In this document: piece by piece, positions 20,406-29,884 of the stretch
Position numbering within the stretch: position 1 is the stretch's first letter
Layout of the letters: every line of letters begins with the position of its first letter
NCBI GenBank assembly: GCA_016839765.1
Contig: JAEOTP010000034.1
Location: 1 to 64,000 of the forward strand
Source: Promethearchaeota archaeon
Lineage (GTDB): Archaea > Asgardarchaeota > Lokiarchaeia > Sigyniarchaeales > SOKP01
DNA: 64,000 nt
Direction: 5' to 3'
Translations under genes and position numbers: made by a program
Notes under the pieces: model-generated
Seen by the model: the letters and a program-made list of their open reading frames with translations, nothing else
Told to the model about the DNA's origin: nothing
Database searches by the model: none

Positions 20406-21350
20406 TTGTCTGATAAAAATGAAGTTGATTTAGCAGTTATTGGTGGTGGACCTGCAGGATTAACCGCTGCAATTTATGGTGCAAGAATGGGTTTAAAGAC
20501 TACTATCTATGAGGGTAAGGCTTTTGGTGGTCTAGCTGGGACAGCTCCCAAAATCGAAAATTATCCCGGATTCGGGAGTATAAACGGTCTTGAATTAACT
20601 GAAAAAATGAGGGAACAAGCTGAAAATTGGGGAGCTAATTTTGTGTTTGATAACGTATCTGCGATTAATCCAAAAGAAATGACCGTAACTACATTTGAAG
20701 GTAACACAAAAGCTAAAGCAATTATAATTGCTACTGGATCAAAACATCTAACACTTGGATTGTCTAATGAGTTTGAATTAATAGGTAATGGAATATCTTA
20801 CTGTGCTACTTGTGATGGACCCCTATTTCGAGATCAAGTAGTTGCCACGGTTGGTGGTGGTAATGCCGCTGGTCTAGAAGCAATTTATCTTTCAGGTGTA
20901 GCAAGAGAAGTTTATCTTATTCATAGACGTCACTGTATGCGAGCAGAAAAATGTATTGCAGATGAGGTTATATCATTAAATAATCTTATACCAATGTTTA
21001 ATTCCACAATTGAAGAAGCTATAACAAAGGAAAATAAATTAGAGGGATTAAAAATCAAAAATCATGAAACTGGCGAAATTTCTAAAATAAGTGTAAATGC
21101 TCTCTTCATTGCAATAGGAGTTGAGCCACAGAGTGATTTAGCGAAAAAGGCAGGGATAGAACTTGATGATGATAATTGTATTAAAGTCAGGAAAAATCAA
21201 GAAACTAGTTTTCCTGGTATATATGCGGCAGGAGATGTAACAGGTGGAATACGACAGGTAACAACAGCAGTTGGGGAAGCAACAACAGCAGCGATGAATG
21301 CATATCTATTTATTAAAAAAGGATGGTATGGAGAAGGGGAGCCAAAATAA
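20406..21350 (+). CDS. trxB: Thioredoxin-disulfide reductase
   Basis: GGGPAG, SYCATCDG, GGGNAA, HRR, GIYAAGD. Confidence 0.95.
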   Translation: MSDKNEVDLAVIGGGPAGLTAAIYGARMGLKTTIYEGKAFGGLAGTAPKIENYPGFGSINGLELTEKMREQAENWGANFVFDNVSAINPKEMTVTTFEGNTKAKAIIIATGSKHLTLGLSNEFELIGNGISYCATCDGPLFRDQVVATVGGGNAAGLEAIYLSGVAREVYLIHRRHCMRAEKCIADEVISLNNLIPMFNSTIEEAITKENKLEGLKIKNHETGEISKISVNALFIAIGVEPQSDLAKKAGIELDDDNCIKVRKNQETSFPGIYAAGDVTGGIRQVTTAVGEATTAAMNAYLFIKKGWYGEGEPK

Positions 21351-21410
21351 ATACCTCTCTGAAATTTATCCGAGAATTGAAAAAAGACTGAAAATTCCAC
21401 TTCTTTCTAA

Positions 21411-21608
21411 GGCTATTATCTTTTTATTTTGTCTCATATATCCTCGAATTCAATTTTTGAGAAAGCTGGAGTAGAACTAGATGAGATAAGAAATATAAAA
21501 GTGGATGAAGAACAAAATACAAATCTCAAAGGTCTGTATACTGCTGGAGATATTACGTGCGGTCTATATCGAGTAGTTTTTGACAATAATCGGGGAGTGA
21601 GATTTTAA
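21411..21608 (+). pseudogene. Start-less 3' fragment of a paralogue of the 19205-20149 TrxR-like gene
   Basis: Reads [54 protein letters not shown], closely matching [54 protein letters not shown] at 19919-20080. In-frame TAA at 21408-21410 immediately upstream. Confidence 0.85.
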
Positions 21609-21688
21609 AGTACATTGATTTACTAGAAAATAATATCATCTAGATATTACTTCATATTATGTAATATCCCGATCATATTGTAGTTATT

Positions 21689-22612
21689 ATGGTAGATTAC
21701 AAATTTTCTGATTTCATTAGTGATTTTTTAATTTCAAAAGAAGTGGAAGAAGGTTGTGCTCCATCTACAATTAAAGCCTATAGATATGACCTTGATAAAT
21801 TTATTAATTTAGTAGGAGATATTGAAATCAATTCACCAATATTACGCCAGAGAATAAGATTATTTTTAAAAAAAATAAAGGATATGGGGTATTCGAAGAA
21901 AGGGATAGGAAGAAAAATAGCATCTTTACGCTCATATTTCAAATTCTTAACCCTAAATGAATTCCTTGAAAAGAATCCTATGAGTACAATTAAGTCGCCA
22001 AAAATAAAACTTGAAGAAAGTCTGCCAAAATTTCTTAAAGTTTCAGATGTTGAGGTTATTTTCAACAAATTAAAAGACAGAAAGTTGTTTAACTCAAAAA
22101 AAAGTCAGAGATACTACTTGATTGTAAGATTACTATACTCAACAATGGCGAGAGTCAGTGAACTTTGTAATATACAAGTAAAAGATATTGATTTTGAAAA
22201 AGGTTATTTAAGATTGCGTGGTAAAGGAAATAAAGAAAGAATTGTCCCTGTTGATAAAACAACTTTAGTAATTTTTAATGAGCGTCTTAGAAATCGAATT
22301 TCATATAATTCTGAGGATTATTTATTAGTAAATACATGGGGTAAAAAGTTAAGCCCTCGTGTTGTACAATCAGATATTAAAATTATAAAGGAAAGATGCG
22401 GGTTTCCAGATTCAAAGATTATTACACCTCATGTATTTAGACATACAGGAGCAACTCACCTAAGACGATCTGGGATGGATATTAGTGAATTACAAGACAT
22501 TTTAGGCCACAGTTCTCCAAATACAACTAGAATATATGCAAAAAATGATATTACGAAATTAAAGCAATCTTATTCATCAATGCACCCTCTAAATAATTCA
22601 AATAAATTTTAA
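21689..22612 (+). CDS. xerA: XerA/XerC-D-type tyrosine recombinase
   Basis: SAM-like N-domain (STIKAYRYDL, SLRSYFKFL); catalytic R (ARVSE), K (GKGNKER), HxxR (HVFRH), LGH and Y (TRIY). Confidence 0.9.
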   Translation: MVDYKFSDFISDFLISKEVEEGCAPSTIKAYRYDLDKFINLVGDIEINSPILRQRIRLFLKKIKDMGYSKKGIGRKIASLRSYFKFLTLNEFLEKNPMSTIKSPKIKLEESLPKFLKVSDVEVIFNKLKDRKLFNSKKSQRYYLIVRLLYSTMARVSELCNIQVKDIDFEKGYLRLRGKGNKERIVPVDKTTLVIFNERLRNRISYNSEDYLLVNTWGKKLSPRVVQSDIKIIKERCGFPDSKIITPHVFRHTGATHLRRSGMDISELQDILGHSSPNTTRIYAKNDITKLKQSYSSMHPLNNSNKF

Positions 22613-22766
22613 AATTAATTTGAAACTAAAAAAATTTAAAATAAGCTTATTTTATTAATCTAATAACTTTTAATACAAATTCTTAAGAATAAGAAAGTTT
22701 AAACTTAAATTGTACTATATTTACTTATAAATCATCATATTTAAGATTACAATACTGTAGATTATC

Positions 22767-23960
22767 ATGGATGAGGATGAGTTTAGAAAACAATTTGGGA
22801 GAAAATCTGTCTTTCGACACTTCAGTTCCCTTGATTTAACTTTTGTTCCAGAAAAATTATATTGTCGTGACAAAGCAATAAAAGATCTCATCTTTAGTTT
22901 TAGAAGAATTGTAGATGAGGAAGAACAACCATCTGTCAATTGTTTAATTTTAGGAAAAGCTGGAGTGGGTAAAACAGTTACTGCCAGATATTTTGGTAAA
23001 AATTTTAGAAATATAGCTATAGAAAAAGATGTAAATATTTTTGTAGAGTATTATAACTGTATTAATTTTAGATCAAAAAGCAAAATAATTAGAGAGCTTT
23101 TGGCAAAATATACGCATGGAAGCGGCAGAGGCTTCTCAGATGATGAAGCATTAAAGCTAATCTTAACAAAATTAGTCAGAGAGAAAGGATACATGCTGTT
23201 AATTATTGATGAGATACATTTATTGAAATCAGATGAGATTTTAGCTTTTTTGGATATAGCAGAAACTTTTGGACACCAGAATGCGAAACTCTCAATATTA
23301 TTAATTTCCCGTATTAGAGATTGGATGAATGTTGAAACAGAAAGAATATTAAGTCGCATCAACGATAAAATTAAATTCAACCCCTATGATTTTGATGAAT
23401 CTAAACAAATATTACAATATAGAAGTGAACTAGCGTTTAAAGAATATGTAATTGATGATGAAATTTTAAATATGGTAAGTCAAATCGTGACAGAACATAA
23501 GAATATGCGTCATGGAATTGAAATTTTACGAAAAAGTGGTTTACACTCTGATAAAGAAGGTTTAGACAGAATAACTCCTGATGCTATTAGGGAGGCATCA
23601 AATGAGGTTTATCCTACTTTTAGAGGAGAAATTGTAGATCAATTAAATGAACAAGAACTTTTAGCATTATATGGAATTACAAGATCTTTAATGAATACAG
23701 ATGACCCTTTTACTATTGTTGATGATGCTTATGAAGAATATCAAACAATATGTGAAACATATTCAATTGAACCTCATGTTAAGATGAGTTTTAGGAAATA
23801 TGTTAGACAATTGAACGATATAAGCGTGATTTCATCCAAAACTGTTAGAATTGAAGAAGCAGAGCGAGGAAGACACCTAGAAATCACATTACTTGATATA
23901 ACTGCTCCAAAGTTAGAAGAATTTTTAATAGATATTTTTGATAGGAAATTCGGAACATAA
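22767..23960 (+). CDS. cdc6: Orc1/Cdc6 replication initiator family AAA+ ATPase
   Basis: FVPEKLYCR, Walker A GKAGVGKT, Walker B IIDEIH, C-terminal winged helix. Confidence 0.93.
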   Translation: MDEDEFRKQFGRKSVFRHFSSLDLTFVPEKLYCRDKAIKDLIFSFRRIVDEEEQPSVNCLILGKAGVGKTVTARYFGKNFRNIAIEKDVNIFVEYYNCINFRSKSKIIRELLAKYTHGSGRGFSDDEALKLILTKLVREKGYMLLIIDEIHLLKSDEILAFLDIAETFGHQNAKLSILLISRIRDWMNVETERILSRINDKIKFNPYDFDESKQILQYRSELAFKEYVIDDEILNMVSQIVTEHKNMRHGIEILRKSGLHSDKEGLDRITPDAIREASNEVYPTFRGEIVDQLNEQELLALYGITRSLMNTDDPFTIVDDAYEEYQTICETYSIEPHVKMSFRKYVRQLNDISVISSKTVRIEEAERGRHLEITLLDITAPKLEEFLIDIFDRKFGT

Positions 23961-24079
23961 ACAAATTTCTTTAGAAATATTACTAAAAAATTTTTTAATC
24001 TAATTCAAAATTTTTATCTAAAAGATATTTTAAGTAAAAATAATTTTTAGAAGTCAATAGGCTATTATTAAATGATTTT

Positions 24080-25075
24080 ATGATGTTAAAAAAGAACATT
24101 TTAATTACTGGAGCTTCGGGGAGTGTTGGCATAAAAGTTTTTCATGAATTTTATGTAAGGAAACAAAAATACAATATTACTCTTTTTCTCAGAGGTTCGA
24201 AAAAAAATAAAAACCTGTTTAAAAATTATAGAGAGGAATTAAATATCGTATGGGGAGATTTAAGGGATAATAATGAAGTAGAAAAAGCTGTTGCTAACCA
24301 AGATATTATTTTACATATCGCAGGAGTTATTCCCGTCTCTGAGGAGAGCAATCCAGAAGTTACTCAAGCGGTTAACGTGGATGGTACACAAAATATAATA
24401 AATTCTATGTTAAAACAGCAAGATAAACCAAAAATTATATACACCTCTTCTGCAGCTGTTTATGGAAATAGAGTTAAAAACCCAATAATTAAAACAACAG
24501 ATCCGATCAGGCCTGCTAAAGGGGATTTCTATGCAGTATCAAAAATTGAAGCAGAAAAACTAATTAGGAATTCGGGTTTAGATTATTGTATTTTTAGGTT
24601 AGCTTATTGTGCTTCACCAGCAGTTCTTAAATTCCATCCTGTAATGTTTCGAATGCCATTAAATACAAGTATAGAAATGATTTTAACTAGTGACATTGGC
24701 AAAGCCTTAGCAAACGCAATAGAAAGAGAAGATATCTGGGGTAAAATCTTTAATCTTGGAGGGGGTAAAAGTTGTCGAATTAGATATGGGGATCATTTAG
24801 ACGATCTTTATGAAATTATGGGCTTGGGAAGAGGTTTTATGCCAAAAGAAGCCTTTTCTATAGAGGGATACCATTGTGGCTTTTACTTTGATGAAGGAGT
24901 CCAAGAATTGTTTAATTTTAGGAAGTTAACATTACAAGATTTTTATAAAGAAGTAAAAAAATGGATAGGTTTTAAGAGATATTTAACACCACTTTTGAGG
25001 TGGCCTTTAAGAAAGATTTTCATAAGAAAATCGGAATATTTTAAGGAATATAAAAAGAAAAAAGATAAAAACTAA
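24080..25075 (+). CDS. NAD-dependent epimerase/dehydratase (extended SDR, 3-beta-HSD-like)
   Basis: ITGASGSVG, NVDGT, YTSS, YAVSK catalytic motif. Confidence 0.88.
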   Translation: MMLKKNILITGASGSVGIKVFHEFYVRKQKYNITLFLRGSKKNKNLFKNYREELNIVWGDLRDNNEVEKAVANQDIILHIAGVIPVSEESNPEVTQAVNVDGTQNIINSMLKQQDKPKIIYTSSAAVYGNRVKNPIIKTTDPIRPAKGDFYAVSKIEAEKLIRNSGLDYCIFRLAYCASPAVLKFHPVMFRMPLNTSIEMILTSDIGKALANAIEREDIWGKIFNLGGGKSCRIRYGDHLDDLYEIMGLGRGFMPKEAFSIEGYHCGFYFDEGVQELFNFRKLTLQDFYKEVKKWIGFKRYLTPLLRWPLRKIFIRKSEYFKEYKKKKDKN

Positions 25076-25085
25076 CCATTTTGTA

Positions 25086-25988
25086 TTATTTACCTTTTTT
25101 AGGAAGCCAGGGTATTAGTTTTGAAACAGTCTTTTTGTATTGTAAATAATCTGGTTTTCTACTTAAATTTCTTTTTTCTATTAAGGGGATACTCAATATA
25201 TAGAATAAAGCTGTAATAAAGATGGGCCCAATGATCATCCACCAAAAAGAGATTTCTGTTGCTAATGCGAATAAGTATAAACCCCACCAAAATAAGATTT
25301 CTCCAAAATAATTCGGATGTCTTGAGTATTTCCATAATCCTTTGTTAATGATTTTAGTAGAGTCTTCTCTATTTTTTATAAAATTATATAATTGTTGGTC
25401 AGCAGCAGCTTCAATAATTACTGCGAATAAAGTAATAGAAAATGCAATAATATCAATATAATTAAAAGAGTTATTTCTTATTGAAAGAGCGGGATACAAT
25501 GATAGGCAACCCAAAAATACGAGAATTGTTGGCATTAATTGGATTCCTATTAAATTAAATAACCAAAAGAACTTACCTTTTTCAACTCTTAAGTTAGCAT
25601 AACGCCAATCTTCATGATTTAACCCCTGCCACTGTCTGGCCCAATTATAGGTCAATCTAATAGACCAGGTTAAAACAAGTAAAAGAACAAATATTTGACG
25701 TAAGAATATACTTTTGCTAGTTTGAGGATTAAATAACCAATATATAGTTATTACCGCAGGTGCTACGCTCCAATAAAGATCATAGAAACTTGCATTCTTA
25801 AAAATAGAACTTACAATGAATATAAAAAAAGTTGCTGCTATATCAGCTAAAAAAATAATTAGAATGGGATGTAAAAAGTTTATAAATGTAACTACTATTA
25901 AAGAAATAATTACGGCAAGGGTATAGGCAATAATAATATAAATATATCCCTTGACTTTCCGACCAGAATTCTTAATAGATTCGCTCAT
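25086..25988 (-). CDS. DUF1295 membrane protein (steroid 5-alpha-reductase superfamily)
   Basis: NASFYDLYWS, EDWRY, ADQQL, GLWKYSRHPNYFGEILFWWG. Confidence 0.9.
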   Translation of the reverse strand: MSESIKNSGRKVKGYIYIIIAYTLAVIISLIVVTFINFLHPILIIFLADIAATFFIFIVSSIFKNASFYDLYWSVAPAVITIYWLFNPQTSKSIFLRQIFVLLLVLTWSIRLTYNWARQWQGLNHEDWRYANLRVEKGKFFWLFNLIGIQLMPTILVFLGCLSLYPALSIRNNSFNYIDIIAFSITLFAVIIEAAADQQLYNFIKNREDSTKIINKGLWKYSRHPNYFGEILFWWGLYLFALATEISFWWMIIGPIFITALFYILSIPLIEKRNLSRKPDYLQYKKTVSKLIPWLPKKGK

Positions 25989-26002
25989 TATTATTTTGCT
26001 CT

Positions 26003-26764
26003 TTAATATATATAGGGGATTAATGCTTTCCTATTTTTAGGGTAATCAGGGAAAGTTTTAAGATACCATTTATGATGAGATCGTGCTCTTGGACCTAAGT
26101 TAAAAAATGTCCATAAAGCAAAAACAAGTCCAGGCAAAGACCACGTCATTACAGCCCATCCTGCCCATTCAGTTATTTCACCAAGATAACTCGGACAACT
26201 CACGTAATTAAACATTCCTCCATAAGGTATTTTATATTCAGTTTCTCCAGGTTTACGTAAATTCCGTATAATTCTATCAGAATGAAGGTTGATAATAAAC
26301 CCACTAACGAATGTAACCGCTCCAACTATAAAAAACGGACTTATTATCCAATTTGAAGGGTAAGGAGGTGAAAATGTATATACCCATCTTGCTTGTAAAT
26401 ATGTGTTAATTCCATTGAATATTAGACCAAAACTAATTATTGTTATTGGTATAGGTTGTCTGGCTCGTATTAAAAAAGGGAATATAAACGTTCTTTGACC
26501 ATAATGTAGCATCCAAATACTAAAAAATACGATTGATATAATATCTGTTTTTCTACCTCCAATTAGATAAAAAACTAAGTAAATTATTACAGTAGGTATT
26601 TCCATAATGAACCATCCAAGTTTATTATTAATAGTTGGGCCCCATTTTTCACTGATATGCTGCCCGTATGGAGCAGGAATAAAAAATAAGAGAATAAACA
26701 TCGCTATACCAACAATACTGAAGATTAACATGATCCAATTAAAAATAATTATCTCATCCATCAA
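26003..26764 (-). CDS. 3-oxo-5-alpha-steroid 4-dehydrogenase (SRD5A1/2, DET2-like)
   Basis: APYG, W..ME.P, HY..R, INLHSD..IRNLRKPGETEYKIPYGG.F.YVSCP.YLGEI.EW.G, NL.PRA..HH.WY...F.DYP..RKALIP. Confidence 0.92.
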   Translation of the reverse strand: MMDEIIIFNWIMLIFSIVGIAMFILLFFIPAPYGQHISEKWGPTINNKLGWFIMEIPTVIIYLVFYLIGGRKTDIISIVFFSIWMLHYGQRTFIFPFLIRARQPIPITIISFGLIFNGINTYLQARWVYTFSPPYPSNWIISPFFIVGAVTFVSGFIINLHSDRIIRNLRKPGETEYKIPYGGMFNYVSCPSYLGEITEWAGWAVMTWSLPGLVFALWTFFNLGPRARSHHKWYLKTFPDYPKNRKALIPYIY

Positions 26765-26916
26765 AATACAACTATCCTAATTTCCTAATTAAGTTTTTTA
26801 TTACTATGAAAAATTAATTGTTAATATGTTAAAAATCCATAAAAAGTTAAATAATTCGCTATAAGAAGAAAATCAACTTAGTAATAATTATTGATTTTTT
26901 TTACAATTATATCTAC

Positions 26917-27150
26917 TCAATAATTCTCTTTTTCTTTTTTAGATTGAGAATACCAATCTAACCATTCTTTACGGCGGCTTTTAGCTCTATCAACTGCATC
27001 TCCTTCAGCTCCTCTTTCATTTCTTACCTTCTGCCAATATACTTCAAGTTCTCCCCGTGTGAGAGATAATCCACAAGACTGGCAAACTAGATGTTTAATA
27101 TCAGGTTGGTATTTCATTTTTCCCGCACACTCTGGACAGTTATTTGCCAT
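26917..27150 (-). CDS. Small zinc-ribbon protein
   Basis: CPEC...CQSC followed by a charged helical tail. Confidence 0.75.
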   Translation of the reverse strand: MANNCPECAGKMKYQPDIKHLVCQSCGLSLTRGELEVYWQKVRNERGAEGDAVDRAKSRRKEWLDWYSQSKKEKENY

Positions 27151-27323
27151 AAGTTTTTCCTTTTTATTTTTTTTAACCTTTTATATATTTATAGAATTTA
27201 TTACTGTTAAAATAATTATTGGATATTCTATAAGAGCTAAATTTATTTTCAAATACACGTTTTTAAATTAAAATCCACTTCTTAAAAAACTATAACCAGT
27301 TGATTGGATTTGATAATAATAAA

Positions 27324-28292
27324 TTATACTATAGAATCTAATAATTCTGTGATGGCTGATAAATTAAATGGTTTTAAGATATACCCATCTGCACCCGTTT
27401 CCTCGATCTTATTACTTACTATCTCGTCAGGTATAGCAGTCACATAGAAAACAGGTACGTTTTTTAAGTTATTATTTGTTTTAATCTGCTTGCATACTTC
27501 ATATCCGTCAAGATCAGGCAATATTATATCTAATAATATTAATTTTGGTTTTGATTTTTTTAATTCATCTAATCCTCTTAGGCCTGTTGTTGCTATTTTA
27601 AATGAACAACCTCTCAATTTAAAAACCTCTTCGATTAAACGTATAGTTGATGGACTATCCTCAATCAATAACACATCAAATTTTTGTCCTTTTTGACTAT
27701 TTAAAATTTTCGATTCAAGTACCAGGCATTGATCATATATATTTTCAACTGTGCTTACTGCTTGCTTACTTAATTCTTCATTAAATTCTTTTAATAGTAA
27801 TTCTGAGAATCCTTTTATTGCAGTAAGAGGTTCTTTCAATATAAATGAAATATTGGATAAATTTTTATCATTCACATTAGATTCGATAAAAGATGACTTT
27901 AAATGATGTTGGATATAATAATCAACACCATCTCTGATTAATTTTGAAAGAGATGTAATAAATTCATTGTCTTTTATAAAATCCTGCCAATTTTTCTTTC
28001 TTTGTTCAGAAATATAAAAAGAGATTCTTTCTTTTGAACGTTCATATATTTTTTGACCTGTTAAATACTGGTGAAATTTTTTTGTAATCCTTCCTAACCA
28101 TAGAGCATTTTTACCAGTTTCTTTTTTAAAGTTTATTAGTTTCTCTCTAAGGAATTCTTTAGTAAATCCAAGTTTAGTAATTTTTTCATTATTACAAATA
28201 ATTTTTAGATTTTCTTCTAAAATCCTAGTTTCTATCTTTTTATCATAAATTATTTTCGTGTGATTTTTTTTATTTATAGAAATTGATTTCAC
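27324..28292 (-). CDS. Response-regulator receiver protein with RHH-like and degenerate HisKA segments
   Basis: C-terminal REC domain (VLLIED, LLDIILP, VTA, KPF); LKEPLTAIKGF HisKA-like helix; RISFYIS...SLSKLIRDGVD ribbon-helix-helix-like segment. Confidence 0.8.
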   Translation of the reverse strand: MKSISINKKNHTKIIYDKKIETRILEENLKIICNNEKITKLGFTKEFLREKLINFKKETGKNALWLGRITKKFHQYLTGQKIYERSKERISFYISEQRKKNWQDFIKDNEFITSLSKLIRDGVDYYIQHHLKSSFIESNVNDKNLSNISFILKEPLTAIKGFSELLLKEFNEELSKQAVSTVENIYDQCLVLESKILNSQKGQKFDVLLIEDSPSTIRLIEEVFKLRGCSFKIATTGLRGLDELKKSKPKLILLDIILPDLDGYEVCKQIKTNNNLKNVPVFYVTAIPDEIVSNKIEETGADGYILKPFNLSAITELLDSIV

Positions 28293-28613
28293 CCTTATTT
28301 TCTCTTATTTAAATATTTTTTATAACTATTATTGAACTTCATTTATTTTGTTATAAAAAGATCTCTTTTTGTGTACAAAATAAGATATATAATTATTTAA
28401 AGTTATTGGTATATAAATTCGAATATAATTTAGCTCTCCAAGAGAACAAAAAAATAATTGATACCAAAATAAAAATTTATTTCGTAATTGATCTAATTAC
28501 TCCAAAGATCAATTTTATAATATTATTTCTATATCTGATAAAAGCTAAATTTAATTTAAATAAAATATTTTGAGACAAAAATTAAAATAAATGCTAATAG
28601 AAAGTGAATAGTA

Positions 28614-29837
28614 ATGAAATCAGATGTTTATTTTTTCACAGCACGTTCTCAATCAATTAAAGGAAGTATGAGTAAAGTTAAAGGGCCTTTAGCTTTAGAA
28701 AAGCTTGGAATCAAAAACATGGTAAATAAGGATGATAAAGTAGTCATTAAGACGCATTTTGGGGCACTAGAAAACACTCGGTATATCAGACCTTCATTTA
28801 TTAGATTTTTGAGCGATTTCATTAAAGAAATCGGTGGAATTCCCTCATTAGCAGAATCTTGTGGATGGGGATTACCTGAAAGTATTTCCGGAACTCATAC
28901 TGAATATAGTGGTCGAGCAAATGAAAAAGAATATTTACAAGTAGCATTAATGCATGGGTTTACACAAGAAACTATGGGAGCTCCAATATTCATGTTAGAT
29001 GGGCCATATGGAATTGATTATAACGTACAGCCAATTGATGGAAATTTACTTAAAGAGGTTTACATAGCAGGACGTTTAAGAGAGTTTGATTATATGGTAT
29101 TAGCAACTCATTTTAAAGGACATTCGGGTGCTGGCTTCGGAGGTGCTTTGAAAAACTTAGGTATTGGGTGTGTCGCTAAAGGTCAAAAAATTCGTGCTCA
29201 TCTAGGTACAGTTTTTGATTATGATTTAAGTAAATGTACTGAAGATTGTGAAAAATGTATAAAAGTTTGTCCAACTGGCGCATTAAGTAAAGGAGTCGAT
29301 AAAATTCTCAAAAAGAATTGGGATAAATGCCGCTATTGTTATATGTGCAGATCCATATGTGATAAAGGTGTAATTGATACGGGATCATCTACAACAGAAG
29401 ATTTTATACACAGATTTGTAGATAATGCAAAGGGTGTTGTTGATTATTTTGGTAAAGACAAGATTTTTTATATAAATTATGCTATTGATATTACTTGGCA
29501 ATGTGATTGCGGATCTTCTGATGTTCCATTCATTCCAGACATAGGAGTACTCTCTTCTCATGATCCTGTAGCAATTGATCAAGCATGTATTGATTTAGCA
29601 CATAAATCTAGTTTTAATCCAAATTCAGTGCTTAGTGATATTAAAAGTTTAAATAATAATGGTAATGATTGGTTTTCTTATATCCCAAGATTTGATCCTC
29701 AATCTGGAGAGCTAGATTTTAATTTAGACGGAAAAATATTGAATAATTGGGAAACCCAACTAAGAGTTGCTGAAGAAATTGGATTAGGATCTAGAGATTA
29801 TAATTTGATAGAAGTTAAGATTGAAGATAAAAAATAG
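28614..29837 (+). CDS. DUF362 Fe-S cluster protein
   Basis: VVIKTHFG, HFKGH..GFGGALKNLG.GC, ferredoxin Cys motifs, CDC, DPVAIDQAC. Confidence 0.88.
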   Translation: MKSDVYFFTARSQSIKGSMSKVKGPLALEKLGIKNMVNKDDKVVIKTHFGALENTRYIRPSFIRFLSDFIKEIGGIPSLAESCGWGLPESISGTHTEYSGRANEKEYLQVALMHGFTQETMGAPIFMLDGPYGIDYNVQPIDGNLLKEVYIAGRLREFDYMVLATHFKGHSGAGFGGALKNLGIGCVAKGQKIRAHLGTVFDYDLSKCTEDCEKCIKVCPTGALSKGVDKILKKNWDKCRYCYMCRSICDKGVIDTGSSTTEDFIHRFVDNAKGVVDYFGKDKIFYINYAIDITWQCDCGSSDVPFIPDIGVLSSHDPVAIDQACIDLAHKSSFNPNSVLSDIKSLNNNGNDWFSYIPRFDPQSGELDFNLDGKILNNWETQLRVAEEIGLGSRDYNLIEVKIEDKK

Positions 29838-29884
29838 AATAAACTATAAATCATTACTTTTTCATTCTTATTTTATGAATTTTC

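Noticed and set aside
21689-22612. Provirus or integrative-element integrase
   Set aside because: Size and motifs fit chromosomal Xer. There is no tRNA att site, no flanking direct repeats and no viral or conjugation genes nearby.
22613-22766. Replication origin next to cdc6
   Set aside because: AT-rich, but I see no ORB-like TTCCAxxxGAAA/G-string repeats. The GTTCCAGAAA at ~22845 lies in coding sequence (FVPEK).
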